Positions 1 through 12,009 of a stretch of DNA of 64,000 bases are shown here, piece after piece. Positions within the stretch are counted from its first letter, which is position 1, and the number at the start of each line of letters is the position of its first letter. The stretch comes from Pirellulales bacterium (GTDB lineage: Bacteria; Planctomycetota; Planctomycetia; Pirellulales; PALSA-1355). Made by a program: the position numbers and the translations under genes. Location: contig CAVTBU010000004.1 in NCBI GenBank assembly GCA_963733035.1, forward strand, positions 421,619 through 485,618, in the 5' to 3' direction. Below the pieces are notes generated by a model, which saw only the letters and a program-made list of their open reading frames with translations, was not told where the DNA came from and searched no databases.

Positions 1-765
1 GTAAGGATATCCCTCTTGGATATCCAACCCGAGGTACACCTTAATTTTGCCCGAGCGCGCCGAATCGAGCTTGCCCTCGCGAATGGCGGCGCGAACCTTC
101 AGGACGGTCGGTTCGTCGACGTCGAAGTAAGCGTAGATTGGGTCCATCGAAACGATGGTCGTCAGTAGCGTCGTATTGGCCGTCACCAAGTTGCCCACCG
201 TGACAAGCGTCCGGCTGATTCGCCCGGAAATCGGCGACTTGATGGCCGCGAAGTGCAAATCGAGATTCGCCTTGTCCATGGCGGCCTCGCGCGACTTGAG
301 TTCCGCCTCGGCCGCGGCGTGATCGGCAAATACGCGGTCGTACTCCTCCTGAGTGATCGTTTTCTTGGGTAGCAACTGGGTGGCCCGCGCCAGGTCTTTG
401 TCCAAGCGGTCGAGTTGCTTTTGCACCCGATTGACCTCCGCCGTGGCCTGGTCGTAGGAAGCCTGGTAGGGACGAGGATCAATCAGAAACAGCGGATCGC
501 CTTCCTTGACGTCAGCGCCGTCTTGAAAATAGACCTTGCTCAGGTACCCGTTCACCTGGGCATAGATTTCGACGGTCTCAACCGCGGCCGTGTAGCCTTC
601 GTAGTAGTAGGTGTCCGTTACCTCAATTTCTTGAGGCTCCTCGACCGTGACCTCCTCCGCGGTGATTTTTACTGGCGGCATGGCCGGCCTTCCACAGCCG
701 GCCATCAACAGCGCGCAAGTCACCCCGAGCAAAAAACCGCGGCCAATGCTCGTGTGTCGGACCAT
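1..765 (-). CDS. RND efflux periplasmic adaptor (MFP) lipoprotein, 3' end outside window
   Basis: Manual translation from ATG 765 (not in ORF track): MVRHTSIGRGFLLGVTCALLMAGC (lipobox)...VEIYAQVNGYLSKVYFQDGADVKEGDPLFLIDPRPYQA; typical MFP lipoyl/hairpin motifs; open to position 1. Confidence 0.9.
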   Translation of the reverse strand, partial: MVRHTSIGRGFLLGVTCALLMAGCGRPAMPPVKITAEEVTVEEPQEIEVTDTYYYEGYTAAVETVEIYAQVNGYLSKVYFQDGADVKEGDPLFLIDPRPYQASYDQATAEVNRVQKQLDRLDKDLARATQLLPKKTITQEEYDRVFADHAAAEAELKSREAAMDKANLDLHFAAIKSPISGRISRTLVTVGNLVTANTTLLTTIVSMDPIYAYFDVDEPTVLKVRAAIREGKLDSARSGKIKVYLGLDIQEGYPY

Positions 766-790
766 CGCTCACGTCTTGCTGGGGTAAACG

Positions 791-1708
791 TCACTTTGCC
801 GCGGCCGCGTCAAAGTCCGCCTTGGCCTTGGCTTCCTGGGCACTCGACACGTCCGGATTCGGCGTCGCATCACCCGGTTCCAAGCCTAGCATCCATTTGA
901 TGCCCCCCAGCAGCGATTGCATGTATTTCTCGTTGGTCCAGACGTCTTCACGATGCCCCAGGCTCATGTGCATCACCTTGCCGTCGCCGTAGTTTTTGAC
1001 CCAGGCAATGGGCACTTGGTAGGGCTTTTTGAGCTTCGTCTTGGCCATGTTCAGGCTCATCAGCACGTGAACCTTTTCGGGCTGCCAATGCTTGAACTGA
1101 TAGATCTCGTCGGTGATGACGAATTCGTCGCCCCACGGCAGGCTGGCCGGGTGATTCTTGTCGTGCACGGTGACGGTGACGGTTTCTCCGGAACCCCAGG
1201 GATGCCCGTTGAAGGTACCGCCGATCATGTCCCAATACGGCTCATAGTTGTGATAGGTGTCGGCGGCCGAATGCACGCCCAGAAAACCGTGTCCCTTCTT
1301 CTTCGCCCATACGTTGAACAAGTAGTCGCGAACGTCGTCCTTAAACGGCAGGTCGCCGGTCGTGTAGAACATCACCAGGTCGTAGTTGTCGAGCTGCTCC
1401 TTGGTGAGCGTGCTGACATCCTGTGTCGTGTCGACACGGAACAGATTGCTGGCAATGCCCAACTCGGTCATGGCCCGTTCGGCAGGCGAAAGCTGTCCCT
1501 CCTTGCGGGTCACCGATCCGTGCTTGAACCCGGCACTTTGCGTGACCATCAGCATGCGAGCTGGCTTTTTCGGCGCGCTGGCGGCGAAGAGGTTCGCGGT
1601 TAACACACTGCCGCCAATTGCCAAGGCCAACACGCCAAACGCTCGTCGAGTGATCACGGTAGTCGCTCCTGGTTGCGGGAAGGGTTGTGGTTGCTTGTCA
1701 GTATTCAA
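791..1708 (-). CDS. ThuA-like domain protein (class I glutamine amidotransferase-like fold), possible Tat signal
   Basis: TRRAF twin-Arg-like signal; GFKHGS, FYTTG, GFLGVHSAADT, GGTFNGHPW, DEIYQF, SLGH motifs. Confidence 0.85.
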   Translation of the reverse strand: MNTDKQPQPFPQPGATTVITRRAFGVLALAIGGSVLTANLFAASAPKKPARMLMVTQSAGFKHGSVTRKEGQLSPAERAMTELGIASNLFRVDTTQDVSTLTKEQLDNYDLVMFYTTGDLPFKDDVRDYLFNVWAKKKGHGFLGVHSAADTYHNYEPYWDMIGGTFNGHPWGSGETVTVTVHDKNHPASLPWGDEFVITDEIYQFKHWQPEKVHVLMSLNMAKTKLKKPYQVPIAWVKNYGDGKVMHMSLGHREDVWTNEKYMQSLLGGIKWMLGLEPGDATPNPDVSSAQEAKAKADFDAAAAK

Positions 1709-1820
1709 ACATGTCGTCGGCCCAGACGCAAATCACCGCTCGTCTGCCCAAATCCCTCCACCTTCGAGTGGCGGGGCGCCGCCTCCGCAGCCCGGAACCA
1801 CGGATCCTGCCGTTCAACGG

Positions 1821-4502
1821 CTAGGCACTCTCCCTTCCGCGACGCTTCACTCGCGGGGCTGGCTCGTCTTCCTCTTCGTCTTCCTCCTCTTCAAACTCGC
1901 CCTCCTCTTCCTCGTAGTCATCCTCCCCGTATTCCTCGGCGTCCTCGTCCGAATCCTCTTCGTACTCCTCGTCCTCGTCGGTCTCGTACTCCTCTTCTTC
2001 GTCCTCATCATCGATTTGCGGTTGCGAACGAGGCGCGACGGTCAGCACGCGTCCACTGCGCGAGGGCGCCGGCGATGTTGCCGTCGGCGCCTTCGCTGCC
2101 GGAGCGGCATCCGCGGCCGAGCCGCCGGCGCACATGGCTTCCCATTGCTCGACAGTAATCGTTACCTCGCGGGCTTGTGAGCCGTTGTATTGACCGACGA
2201 TGCCGTCCTCGGCCATGTAGTCGACCAACCGCGCGGCGCGGCCATAGCCGATGCCAAGCGCCCGCTGCAACAGCGACACGCTGCCACGTCCCTCGCGCAC
2301 CACGACGTCAACCGCTGCTTCATAGAGTTCATCGCGATTCGTAAGTTTCTTGCCGCCGTCCGCGCCGCCGTTTGCGTCCGTGGCCTTGAGTTGCACCAAT
2401 TCCTTGACGAACTGTTGCTCGTTGGTTCCCACGAAGTCAACGACCGCGTTGATCTCGTCGTCACTGACGTAGGTACCCTGACCACGCAACAGCGTGCTCG
2501 TGCCGGGCGAGAGGAATAGCATGTCACCGTTGCCGAGCAACTTGTCGGCCCCCATCTCATCCAGCACCACGCGGCTATCCGTCCGGCTGGCCACCTGGAA
2601 AGCGATCCGGGCCGGCAAGTTCGACTTGATCAGACCCGTGATCACGTCGACCGTCGGTTTCTGCGTGGCGAGCACCAAGTGAATGCCAACCGCTCGACTC
2701 TTTTGAGCCAGGCGAATGATGTGCTGTTCCACTTCCTTGCCCGCGGTCATCATCAGGTCCGCCATTTCGTCGGCGATAATCACGATGAACGGCAGCGTGG
2801 TCGGAATATTCTTGCGTTCTTCGTCGTCCTCCGGCTGCAAACGGTCCATCAGTTCGTCATGGCCCAGTTGGTTGTACGAACCGATATGCCGCACCCCGGC
2901 CCGGGCGAGCAGCGTATACCGCTCTTCCATTTTCTCCACGGCCCAGGCCAAAATCGCCTCGGCCTTCCGCATGTCGGTCACCACCGGGTGCATCAAATGC
3001 GGCAGCTTCTTGTACGGGCTGAGTTCGACCATTTTTGGATCGATCATCAACATCCGCACTTCATCCGGCTTGCGCGTCATGAGCATCGAGACGATGATCG
3101 AATTCAAGCACACGCTTTTGCCGGTGCCGGTGCGACCGGCGATCAGCAAGTGGGGCATCGTGCTCATGTCGACCACCATCGACTTGCCAGAGACGTCCTT
3201 GCCCAAGTAGATCGGAATCCGCATCTTGCTGATGCTCGCGCTCGATTCCTCGATCACCTCGCGGATGCGCACCAGATGCCGTTCGGTGTTCGGCACCTCG
3301 ATACCAACCGTATTCTTGCCAGGAATCGGCGCAACGATTCGGACGCTCGGCACGCGCAGGGCAATTGCCAGATCGTCGGCCAGGCTGGTAATCTTCGACA
3401 ATCGCAATCCGGCCTCCAACTCGACTTCGAACTGAGCGATGACCGGACCAGTCTCGATTTCGACCACTTTTACCTTGAATCCGAAGTCGGCGAAGGTCTT
3501 TTCCAGGATCTTTGCCTGACGGCGTACTTCCTTCTCGTGCTCCTCGTAAGAAATCTCTTCGCCGGGCATCAGCAGATCAATCGCCGGAAGCTCATACTCG
3601 TCGGATTCTTCTGTCCGGCTGGCGGCATCCAGCTCTTCCATCACCACATCTCGATCGCTTTTCTTTGGCCGCTTGAACCGCGGCTCGCGAACCGCGGGCG
3701 GGGCGGAATTCGTAGTCGCGACCTGAGCTTCGACCTCCTCGCCCGCTTCTTCCTCTTCTTCCTCAAGCTCGTCCTCGAGCTCCTCCTCGTCTTCCTCTTC
3801 TTCCTCGGCGATCTGCAGTTTCGCGCGCGATGCGGCAGCTGATTTGCCACCGATCTTGATCGCCGGTTCATCGTCGTCGACTTCGTCGAGATCCGTTCGA
3901 GATGACCGCGCGGCGGCGTTCTCGGCTGCCTTCACGGCGCGTGCCACGCGCATCGAACGGTATGCGCCAATCGGTCCGGCCAGAACTCGCCCGGCCAGTC
4001 GGGGTAGAAGATATTCGGTGCACAGCAGAAGACCGCCGATCAGTGTACTGAGTGTCAGGATGTACGCACCGGCGCGAGCAAAGTGCAGCTCAAGCAGCCC
4101 CCGACCGGCGGCGCCTAAGTAACCTCCGGGCCCAATCACCGGTCCCAGCGACCAGGTCGTGGCAAGCGACGCCAGCGTGCACAGCGATACGAGCGACATC
4201 GCCCAACCGAGCGCTCTGAGTGCCGGCTGCGTGACAGGACGACGAGCGAGTAGCCAGCCGTCCAGAAGCGCCAACGAACCGACCAGGTAGTACGCACCGA
4301 CGCCGAGACCTTGCAATAGCAGATCGGCCGCCAACGCACCCGAACGGCCGCAGGCGTTTTGTATCTTGGCGGTCGGCGGATAAACGAGTCCATCAAGCGA
4401 CTCGGCCCGGTCGTAGGTCGCCAGGGACATACCCGCAAAGACGCAGATGGCCAGCAGGGCCAGTGCCGCCAAATCGAGTTTGATGCTCCGTGCTTCAGCC
4501 AT
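1821..4502 (-). CDS. ftsK: DNA translocase FtsK
   Basis: N-terminal TM domain (NACGRSGA), Walker A MPHLLIAGRTGTGKS, IDPKMVEL, Walker B IIADEMADLMM, LATQKPTVDVITGLIKSN, gamma domain SVSLLQRALGIGYGRAARL. Confidence 0.97.
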   Translation of the reverse strand: MAEARSIKLDLAALALLAICVFAGMSLATYDRAESLDGLVYPPTAKIQNACGRSGALAADLLLQGLGVGAYYLVGSLALLDGWLLARRPVTQPALRALGWAMSLVSLCTLASLATTWSLGPVIGPGGYLGAAGRGLLELHFARAGAYILTLSTLIGGLLLCTEYLLPRLAGRVLAGPIGAYRSMRVARAVKAAENAAARSSRTDLDEVDDDEPAIKIGGKSAAASRAKLQIAEEEEEDEEELEDELEEEEEEAGEEVEAQVATTNSAPPAVREPRFKRPKKSDRDVVMEELDAASRTEESDEYELPAIDLLMPGEEISYEEHEKEVRRQAKILEKTFADFGFKVKVVEIETGPVIAQFEVELEAGLRLSKITSLADDLAIALRVPSVRIVAPIPGKNTVGIEVPNTERHLVRIREVIEESSASISKMRIPIYLGKDVSGKSMVVDMSTMPHLLIAGRTGTGKSVCLNSIIVSMLMTRKPDEVRMLMIDPKMVELSPYKKLPHLMHPVVTDMRKAEAILAWAVEKMEERYTLLARAGVRHIGSYNQLGHDELMDRLQPEDDEERKNIPTTLPFIVIIADEMADLMMTAGKEVEQHIIRLAQKSRAVGIHLVLATQKPTVDVITGLIKSNLPARIAFQVASRTDSRVVLDEMGADKLLGNGDMLFLSPGTSTLLRGQGTYVSDDEINAVVDFVGTNEQQFVKELVQLKATDANGGADGGKKLTNRDELYEAAVDVVVREGRGSVSLLQRALGIGYGRAARLVDYMAEDGIVGQYNGSQAREVTITVEQWEAMCAGGSAADAAPAAKAPTATSPAPSRSGRVLTVAPRSQPQIDDEDEEEEYETDEDEEYEEDSDEDAEEYGEDDYEEEEGEFEEEEDEEEDEPAPRVKRRGRESA

Positions 4503-4800
4503 GGTCGGTCGCGATTCGTCCTTTCTTGCCGGCGATATCCGCTCGCCGACAAACGCCAGGCACGTTGTGCCCTGGCAAAGTCCGTTCTTTGATTTTGGCC
4601 GGTTGGTGGGGAGCCCTAAGACGACTTGGCAAAGCCGTCGAATACAGGGCTCGGGGTGCTAGCTCCAATGGAAAGCTTAGCACGAACAACAGCACGCGGT
4701 CGGACCCAATCGTTCGCGAGACGAACTCCGTCTCAAGCACGTTGCGGGTTGTGCTGATTCTGCAGAATGTGAACACCGCCGGCGGCTGAATCTGGGAAAG

Positions 4801-5682
4801 CTAGTCCGCGTGCGAAAAGTTCTTCGCCGCCCGCAACGAACCGTCTGGGCGCCGAGCCAGAATGGCGACCAGTCGACCGGAATCGTCATAGGCCGCGCAA
4901 CGGTCCCCAGCGACGTCGGGTATGGAGACGGCAAGACCGTGCGCGACGCGTTGCCGCGCGGCGAGGTCCAGCGTAACCCCTTCCATCATTCCCTGTACGG
5001 CGAGCTTCGCGTCCAGCAGATATTCGGCCAGGTTGTAGCGAGTCAAAAGCTCGGGGTCGAGTGCCGACTCGAGTTCAAACGGTCCCACGGCAGTACGCAC
5101 CAACGCCGACATGACGGCAGCCGAACCCACCATCTCGGCCAGGTCGCGACCCAGCGATCGAATATAGGTTCCCCCTCCGCATTCAACGTCCAGACATAGC
5201 TCCGGATACTCGTAGCGGACAATCCGCACGCAATCCACGCGCACGACGCGAGGCGGCAAATCTGGCGGTTTGCCGGCTCGAGCCAACTCGTAGGCCCGCG
5301 TTCCGTCCACCTTCAGTGCGGAAAACGCCGGCGGGCGCTGTTCGATTTCTCCTCCACTGAGCCGCGCCGCGGCCATTTCGAGCTGCTCGCGCGTCGGTTG
5401 CACGGCGTTTGGCAGTTCGGTAATCGCGCCCTCGACATCCTCGGTAGTGCTCGACCGGCCGAGCAAGAATGTGCCGCGATAGCGCTTCGGCATCTCGTGC
5501 ACATATTCAACCAATCGCGTGGCCTGGCCGACGCCCAGCACGACGACTCCCGTGGCCAATGGATCGAGTGTGCCGCTATGACCGACCTTCACGGAACGAT
5601 CGAGTCGCTGCACCAGGTCGACCAGGCGCCGCGAGGTAATTCCACTCGGCTTGTTCAGGTTCAGCAGTCCGAAAAGTTGCAT
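4801..5682 (-). CDS. truB: tRNA pseudouridine(55) synthase
   Basis: LNLNKPSGITS, KVGHSGTLDPLATGV, QRPPAFSALKVDG, GTYIRSLGRD. Confidence 0.97.
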   Translation of the reverse strand: MQLFGLLNLNKPSGITSRRLVDLVQRLDRSVKVGHSGTLDPLATGVVVLGVGQATRLVEYVHEMPKRYRGTFLLGRSSTTEDVEGAITELPNAVQPTREQLEMAAARLSGGEIEQRPPAFSALKVDGTRAYELARAGKPPDLPPRVVRVDCVRIVRYEYPELCLDVECGGGTYIRSLGRDLAEMVGSAAVMSALVRTAVGPFELESALDPELLTRYNLAEYLLDAKLAVQGMMEGVTLDLAARQRVAHGLAVSIPDVAGDRCAAYDDSGRLVAILARRPDGSLRAAKNFSHAD

Positions 5683-5798
5683 CAGACCTCATGCGGGCTG
5701 GCGGCCGCTTGGTTTGCATCGGAATTTCGCATCGGAACCTTGTCGCCAGTCCGGTAAGGATCCCGCGGCACGATCCATTTCGTAAAAAAGGGCGTTCG

Positions 5799-7315
5799 CT
5801 AGCAATTTACGATCTGGAAGTCGTACAGGTTCGCGATGTCATCGGCCGATTTCTCCGCGATCCTCGTAAAACGTTGATAGAGAGCGTCGACATCCTTGAC
5901 GCCCAACGACGCTAGCGTCCTGAATTTGTGCTCGAGCAGCGCCGGCAGGTTACCGCTCGTGTTCCGCGCATGACCTTCGGGATACATCACCAGCCCACTG
6001 GTGAGCTTGCCAAGCTTCGCATGCTCGATGTCGAGCGTCGTGGGGATGCCGTCCGGATATTTTTCATCGTATTCCCGCCCACCGTGACGGAATTCGATGC
6101 GGTCAATAATCTGTCGCGTCAGTGGATCGATCAGGCTGGCATCGTCGTAGTCTTCGGGCACCAACATCAACTCGCGCCAGCCGGCCTGTTTTCTTTCAAA
6201 CGCCTTTCGCAACAGTGTCGCGACGATGTAAACCATCGAGTGATCGGCGCTTTGCCGGGTGCGAGGGTCGCGCTTGGCTGGATCGCCAATAATACCGAAG
6301 GCCGGCTCGTAGATCGTGATGCGAACTTTTCTCAGATTCGCCGGATCATCGAGCAAGCCTGGATTCTTAATCAGCAGATCCATCAAACCGCCAATCGCCC
6401 CGGCCGACTGATGCTCGTAGAGTCCCAGCTTGAAGTGCATTCCCATGACGGCAAAGTCGTCACCGCTGACCCCCAACGCCAGATCGAAGGGGCTGGTATT
6501 CTTTTCGGCCGGTTTTTCGAAGAGACAGAAGATGGCCTCGGGATTGCGGAAGATATCGGCGGGACCGACGAAGCCGTGCATCGCCCGCCGCATGCTAAGC
6601 ACCGCAACCTCCGCGCTAATCGCGGCCGACGCCCCCTTCGAATCGGATAGCTGCTTGCCGGCGCGGATTGCCCGAAACGGGATGTAGTGCGCCACGACCA
6701 TCCCAATGGCCGACTCGATCTGCTCGGGCCGGGCACCCAACACAGCACCAAACGTTGCGGCCGAGGCAATCGCGCCGTGTACGACGTGGTCGATCTTGTA
6801 GTTCTTCAGGGCGAAGACCTCGGCCAGCCGGCCCCGTATCTCGTCGAGCAGGATCATGGCCCGGAGCGTTTGACGGCCGTCGCACCCTTGCAACTGGGCG
6901 GCAGCCACGGCCACCGGATAGAAATCGTTGTGACCGAACTCGCCCCGCGTCGCGCCGCGAGACGGGTTGTATCCAAAGTTGGTCCCGTTCGCATCCCACT
7001 CACGCACGGCCGAGCTATTCGCCACGACAGCCTTCTCGGGCATCACGTGAACTCGCGCACGAATACGGGCACCCCCTCGCCAAGTTCGTGGCACACATAG
7101 TCCAAGGCTTCCTGCCGGAGCACGCGCGGGGCGTTGGTGCCGCAGGCCAGTGCCGAAACGCCGCAGGCAATGCTGTCCAGATGAAATTGCTCGACTTTCT
7201 GGTAGACGCTCTCGGCGGGCTCGCCGAGTTTTCCGGACATGAAATCGCAGGCATACTGACCGATGCCCCGCGCTTGGTTTTCAGAACGCGACAGGACCAC
7301 AAACTCATTCGACAC
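5799..7315 (-). CDS. prpD: MmgE/PrpD family protein (2-methylcitrate dehydratase-like), frameshift near 7057
   Basis: N-terminus VSNEF...FHLDSIACG in ORF 7043-7333 joins VMPEKAVVANSSAVREWD...GH, SKG, ADHS in ORF 5799-7094; one added G restores VFGARVHVMPEK. Confidence 0.8.
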
Positions 7316-7567
7316 GCTCAATGACCTCCGCAAGTTGCAGGCTGGCTTGGGGTTTTGCGACCCTGCAATCTACCGGCGGCGCACGGGAGTTGTAAACCCG
7401 CCCTGCCTCTGGCTCACTGGCCGATTGGCTCGACCCCTGTTACGATAAGGTCAACGCCGTATTACACTTCCACCGCATCCTTCTTGAGCCGACGCGCGGA
7501 TGGCCAATGTGACGACGCGGTTCGCATCGCGTGCACGTCGGTCCGCTGGCAAGCGGCAACGACTCCC

Positions 7568-9314
7568 ATGCAGTTCGAGCAGCTCGGGCCCTATCGCCTG
7601 GGAAAAAAACTCGGTCAGGGCGGCATGGGTGCCGTCTACGAGGGCATTGACCGCGAAACGGGCGACTCGGCGGCAATCAAAGTCCTCTCACCTCGCCTGG
7701 CGGTCGACGACGGGTTTCGCGTTCGATTTGAAGCCGAGATTGAATCGCTCAAAAAACTGTGCCACCCGAACATCGTGCGACTATACGGTTATGGGGAAGA
7801 GGCCGGCACGCTGTTCTATGCGATGGAGTTGGTGCAAGGCCATAGTCTCGAGGATGAGCTGCGCCGGGCGGCGGTTCGAATGGCGCGAAGTCACAAAGAT
7901 CGCCATCAAGCTCTGCCGAGCTTTGAAACACGCCCACGATCACGGCGTGATCCATCGCGACCTGAAACCGGCCAATCTCCTTCTTACCGAGGACGGCGAC
8001 ATCAAGCTGTCCGACTTTGGCATCGCCAGACTCTTCGGCAATACGCGATTGACGGCCGATGGCGGTGTGTTGGGAACGGCCGAGTTCATGGCGCCAGAAC
8101 AGGCCGACGGACGCCAGGTAACCGACCGATGCGACCAATACAGCCTGGGCGGCGTGATGTACGCGCTGCTGACGGGTCGGCCACCATTTCGAGCAAAGAC
8201 GCTGGTCGAAATGTTGCAACTGCAGCGCTACGCGGAACCTGAACCGGTTACGCGTTATGCCCCGCAGACACCGGCCGAACTCGCCCGAATCATTCATCAA
8301 CTATTGGAAAAGGACCCGCAAAAACGGTTCGCCAATACGATGATTCTGGCCCGCAGCCTGGAAGCGATGGAACGGGGCCTCTCGATTTCAGCCAGTCGAC
8401 ACGGCGACGACTTCGTGCTGACGCCGCCTGAGGAATCGCCGCCCGCGTCGTCGGCCATCGTTCCTCTGGCGCCGACTTTGTCGCCAACGCAGTTGGCGGC
8501 CGCGCAGGCCGAATCGGGCGCTCCGCAAACCGGCCAAGCCACGGCCGCGACCATGGCTTTTGCGCCCGCCGCGGAAAAACAGACCCCGCATAACGCTGCC
8601 GTCTCGGATACCGCAGCCGCGCGATTTACCAAGGTCAACGAGCAACATGAGGATTCGAGCGGACTCCGCGATTGGCTCGCCGGCCTGCTGGCGCCGCAGA
8701 CGCTGGGACTGGTTGCCGCGTTGGCACTGCTCATCGCGGCCGGCTGGTATTTGATGCGGCCCGAAAGTGCCGATGCGCTTTTCACACGGATCGAAGCGGC
8801 CGCATCCTCCGATGATCCCGATCGTCTCAAATCGGCGCACGACGACATTACGAGTTTCCTGGAGATTTATCCGGACGACCCACGCATCGAGCAGGTGCAA
8901 GAGTACGAGGAAGAATCGCAACAATCCAACCCGATTCAGCGTGCCTATAGCGAGGCGATGCGGTATTCCTTGGTCAATCCGGAACTGGCCTTACTCCGTT
9001 TCGATGCATTGGTGGACGTATACGACGATGGCAAGCAGAATTCGGAGGCTGCCCGGCATTACGTCCGACTGGCCAAACTTCAGCGGAAGAAATTGCAAGC
9101 GCGAGTCAGTCGCTACGTCGAAGATGGCCGCGCGTTGCTCGCCACGCGGCTCAAGAAAGCTGCGTCCTTGTCAACGGACAACCCGGCGAACGCTCGAAAG
9201 ATCTATCGGGGCATCGTTGAGCTGTATGGCGATAAGCCTTGGGCCGCCGATCTCGTGCGTCAGGCGCAGGAGGCCCTCCAACAATCGACACCTCAACAAA
9301 CAGCCGCGGAATAG
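7568..9314 (+). CDS. Membrane Ser/Thr protein kinase (Hanks type), frameshift near 7865
   Basis: LGQGGMGAVY, AAIKVL, HPNIVRL in frame of ORF 7355; HRDLKPAN, DFGIA, GTAEFMAPEQ, one TM helix and helical C-domain in ORF 7500-9314. Confidence 0.92.
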
Positions 9315-9357
9315 CCGATTGGCCTTTCTGGTCGCCGGCAAGCTATAAAGGTTATGT

Positions 9358-10365
9358 ATGGAACATTCCTCCGGGCCATCGTTTCCGACCACTCGCCTGC
9401 GGCGTCTTCGCTACCATCCGGCTGTGCGCCGCCTGGTGCAAGAAACGCAACTCGCGCCGGCACACTTCATCCTGCCGCTCTTCGTGCGGCCCGGCACGAA
9501 ACAACGGCAGCCCATCAGCTCGATGCCGGGGCACTACCAGATATCGCCGGATCAATTGGCCCCGGAGCTCGAGGCGGTTCAGCGGTTGGGCCTGGGAGGA
9601 GTGATCCTGTTTGGAATCCCCACGGAAAAGGACGCCACCGGCAGCGACTCGACCAGCGACTCGGGCATCGTGCAACAGGCCATCGCGGCCGCCAAGAAAG
9701 CCGCACCCGAGGTGCTTCTAATGACGGACGTTTGTTTCTGTGAATACACCGACCACGGTCATTGCGGCATCGTCAACGACCGCACCGGCCGTATGGATGT
9801 CGACAACGATGCGACCCTCGAGCTGATCGCAAGCCAGGCCCTGAGCCATGCCCGGGCTGGGGCCGACGTGGTAGCTCCCAGCGGCATGATGGACGGCATG
9901 ATTGGCGCGATTCGCCAACGATTCGACGGCGCCGGATTTGCGCACGTGCCCATCGTCAGCTACGCGGCAAAATATGCCAGCGCTTTCTACGGGCCGTTCC
10001 GCGAAGCGGCCGAGAGCACGCCCCAATTCGGCGATCGCCGCACGTATCAAATGGACCCTGCCGCGGCCGCCGGCCAGGCGCTGCGAGAAGTAGAACTCGA
10101 CCTGGCCGAAGGTGCCGACGTCGTGATGGTGAAGCCCGCACTGGCCTACCTGGACATCATCCGTGACGTGCGTGAGTCCTTTCCAGGCGTGCCGGTTGCG
10201 GCCTACAATGTGTCCGGCGAATTCAGCATGATCAAAGCCGCCGCCGAGCGTGGCTGGATCGATGAACGAGCCGTCGCCCTCGAGTCTCTGTTGGCCATGC
10301 GACGAGCGGGCGCCAGCATTCTGCTGACTTATTGGGCAAAACAAGCGGCCGAATGGCTTCGCTAG
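9358..10365 (+). CDS. hemB: Porphobilinogen synthase
   Basis: RLRRLR, Zn site [52 protein letters not shown]. Confidence 0.98.
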   Translation: MEHSSGPSFPTTRLRRLRYHPAVRRLVQETQLAPAHFILPLFVRPGTKQRQPISSMPGHYQISPDQLAPELEAVQRLGLGGVILFGIPTEKDATGSDSTSDSGIVQQAIAAAKKAAPEVLLMTDVCFCEYTDHGHCGIVNDRTGRMDVDNDATLELIASQALSHARAGADVVAPSGMMDGMIGAIRQRFDGAGFAHVPIVSYAAKYASAFYGPFREAAESTPQFGDRRTYQMDPAAAAGQALREVELDLAEGADVVMVKPALAYLDIIRDVRESFPGVPVAAYNVSGEFSMIKAAAERGWIDERAVALESLLAMRRAGASILLTYWAKQAAEWLR

Positions 10366-10430
10366 TCGTCGCGTCCATATTGCCCGGCCTCGCCCCTCGC
10401 CATCCCCTAACCGCGGAATGTTTGCCTGCC

Positions 10431-11731
10431 ATGACGCATACATCCTCTGACGCCGCTCGTGCAAAAAGTCACGCTGCCTTTGCCCGAGCCAAACGGCTCA
10501 TGCCCGGTGGAGTCAACAGCCCGGCCCGGGCCTTTGGCGCCGTTGGCGGAGAGCCAATCTTTTTCGAACGGGCGCAGGTGCCTATCTTTACGACATCGAC
10601 GGCAATCGCTATATCGACTACATCGGATCCTGGGGACCGATGATCCTGGGGCACAACCATCCACGCGTGCTCGAAGCCGTTCAACAGGCGGCGGCGCGAG
10701 GCACAAGCTTTGGCGCGCCGACGGAAGCCGAAAGCGAGCTGGCGGAACTCATCGTCGAAGCCGTTCCCTCGGTGGAAAAAGTGCGGTTGGTGAATTCCGG
10801 CACCGAGGCCACGATGAGTGCCCTGCGGCTCGCTCGCGGTTTCACGGGCCGCGACGTCGTCGTCAAATTCGCGGGCAACTATCACGGTCACGTCGACAGC
10901 CTGTTGGTGGCAGCCGGAAGCGCAGCCGCCACGCTGGGCGTGCCGAACTCGCCCGGTGTTACCGCCGGAACGACGAAGGACACGCTCGTTCTCGAATACA
11001 ACGATCCGGCCGGACTCGAGCGGGCGTTCAACGAGCTGGGTTCCAAGATCGCCGCGGTGATTTTCGAGCCCGTGGTGGGCAACATGGGATGCGTCGTTCC
11101 GACGCCCGAATTCCTCCGCGCGCTTTGCAGTCTTACAACAAAGTATGGGGCCCTGCTGATCTGCGACGAGGTGATGACCGGCTTTCGGGTCGCCTATGGA
11201 GGTGCGCAGTCGCTCTGGGGAATAGCGCCTGATCTGACGACTCTAGGCAAAATTGTTGGCGGCGGCCTCCCCGTCGGAGCCTATGGCGGGCGGGCGGAAA
11301 TCATGGATCACGTGCTGCCGGCCGGAAAGGTGTTTCAGGCTGGCACACTCAGCGGCAATCCGCTGGCGACGGCGGCCGGAATCGCCACGCTGAAGGTATT
11401 GCGCGACGACGCACCGTACGAGTATCTAGAACGCATCAGCGCGCGTCTGGCGGTGGGACTCGACCAGGCCGCCGCAGGCGTTCCGCATACGATCGCCCGC
11501 GTGGGCAGCATGCTAACGCTCTTTTTCTCTTCCGAACCGGTTGTCGACTGGCCCTCGGCCAGCAGGGCCGACGTTGCGCGGTACGCGCGGTTTTTCTGGG
11601 GGCTGATCGAGCGTGGCATCTACATGCCGTGCAGCCAGTTCGAAGCCCTGTTCGTGTCGAGCGCTCACGATGAGGCTCAGATCGAGGCGACGGTTTCCGC
11701 GGCCAGGCAAGTTTTCGAATCTTGGGCGTAA
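10431..11731 (+). CDS. hemL: Glutamate-1-semialdehyde 2,1-aminomutase, frameshift near 10577
   Basis: [12 protein letters not shown] in ORF 10332; [54 protein letters not shown] in next frame; one G restores ERAQGAY. Confidence 0.95.
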
Positions 11732-11974
11732 TGCTTGGGGAAGCAGGAAGGTATGGGTGACCGGCAGGGCCTGCGCTCTCCGGTAATTTTTCCGCTTATT
11801 CTCGCCCCTCGTTTGCCGCAAAACCGGTCCCCCAGCGAACCATAAATCCCCCACTCGAAGTATTTTCCTGTACAGATTGCCGGTGTTTTTCGCAACGATA
11901 AGTGCGGAAAACGACACCACATGCGACAATTCGCGACCCTGCTTAAAAAATTCCTTAAAAATTTCTGCGAAACC

Positions 11975-12003
11975 TTGAAACCTGCCCCATCCGGAACTAT
12001 AGT
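11975..12003 (+). promoter_or_regulatory. sigma70-type promoter for PEP-CTERM gene
   Basis: TTGAAA (11975-11980), 17 nt, TATAGT (11998-12003); preceded by A/T tracts (UP-like) at about 11943-11965. Confidence 0.7.
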
Positions 12004-12009
12004 CGGGAC

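Noticed and set aside
1386..2180. Hydrophobic 'membrane protein' ORF on the plus strand
   Set aside because: Antisense shadow of the Glu/Asp codons of the FtsK tail.
4645..4745. tRNA-like start (GGGGTGCTAGCTCCAATGG) upstream of ftsK
   Set aside because: No T-loop GGTTCRA, anticodon arm or acceptor pairing; only a GTGCTA/TAGCAC hairpin.
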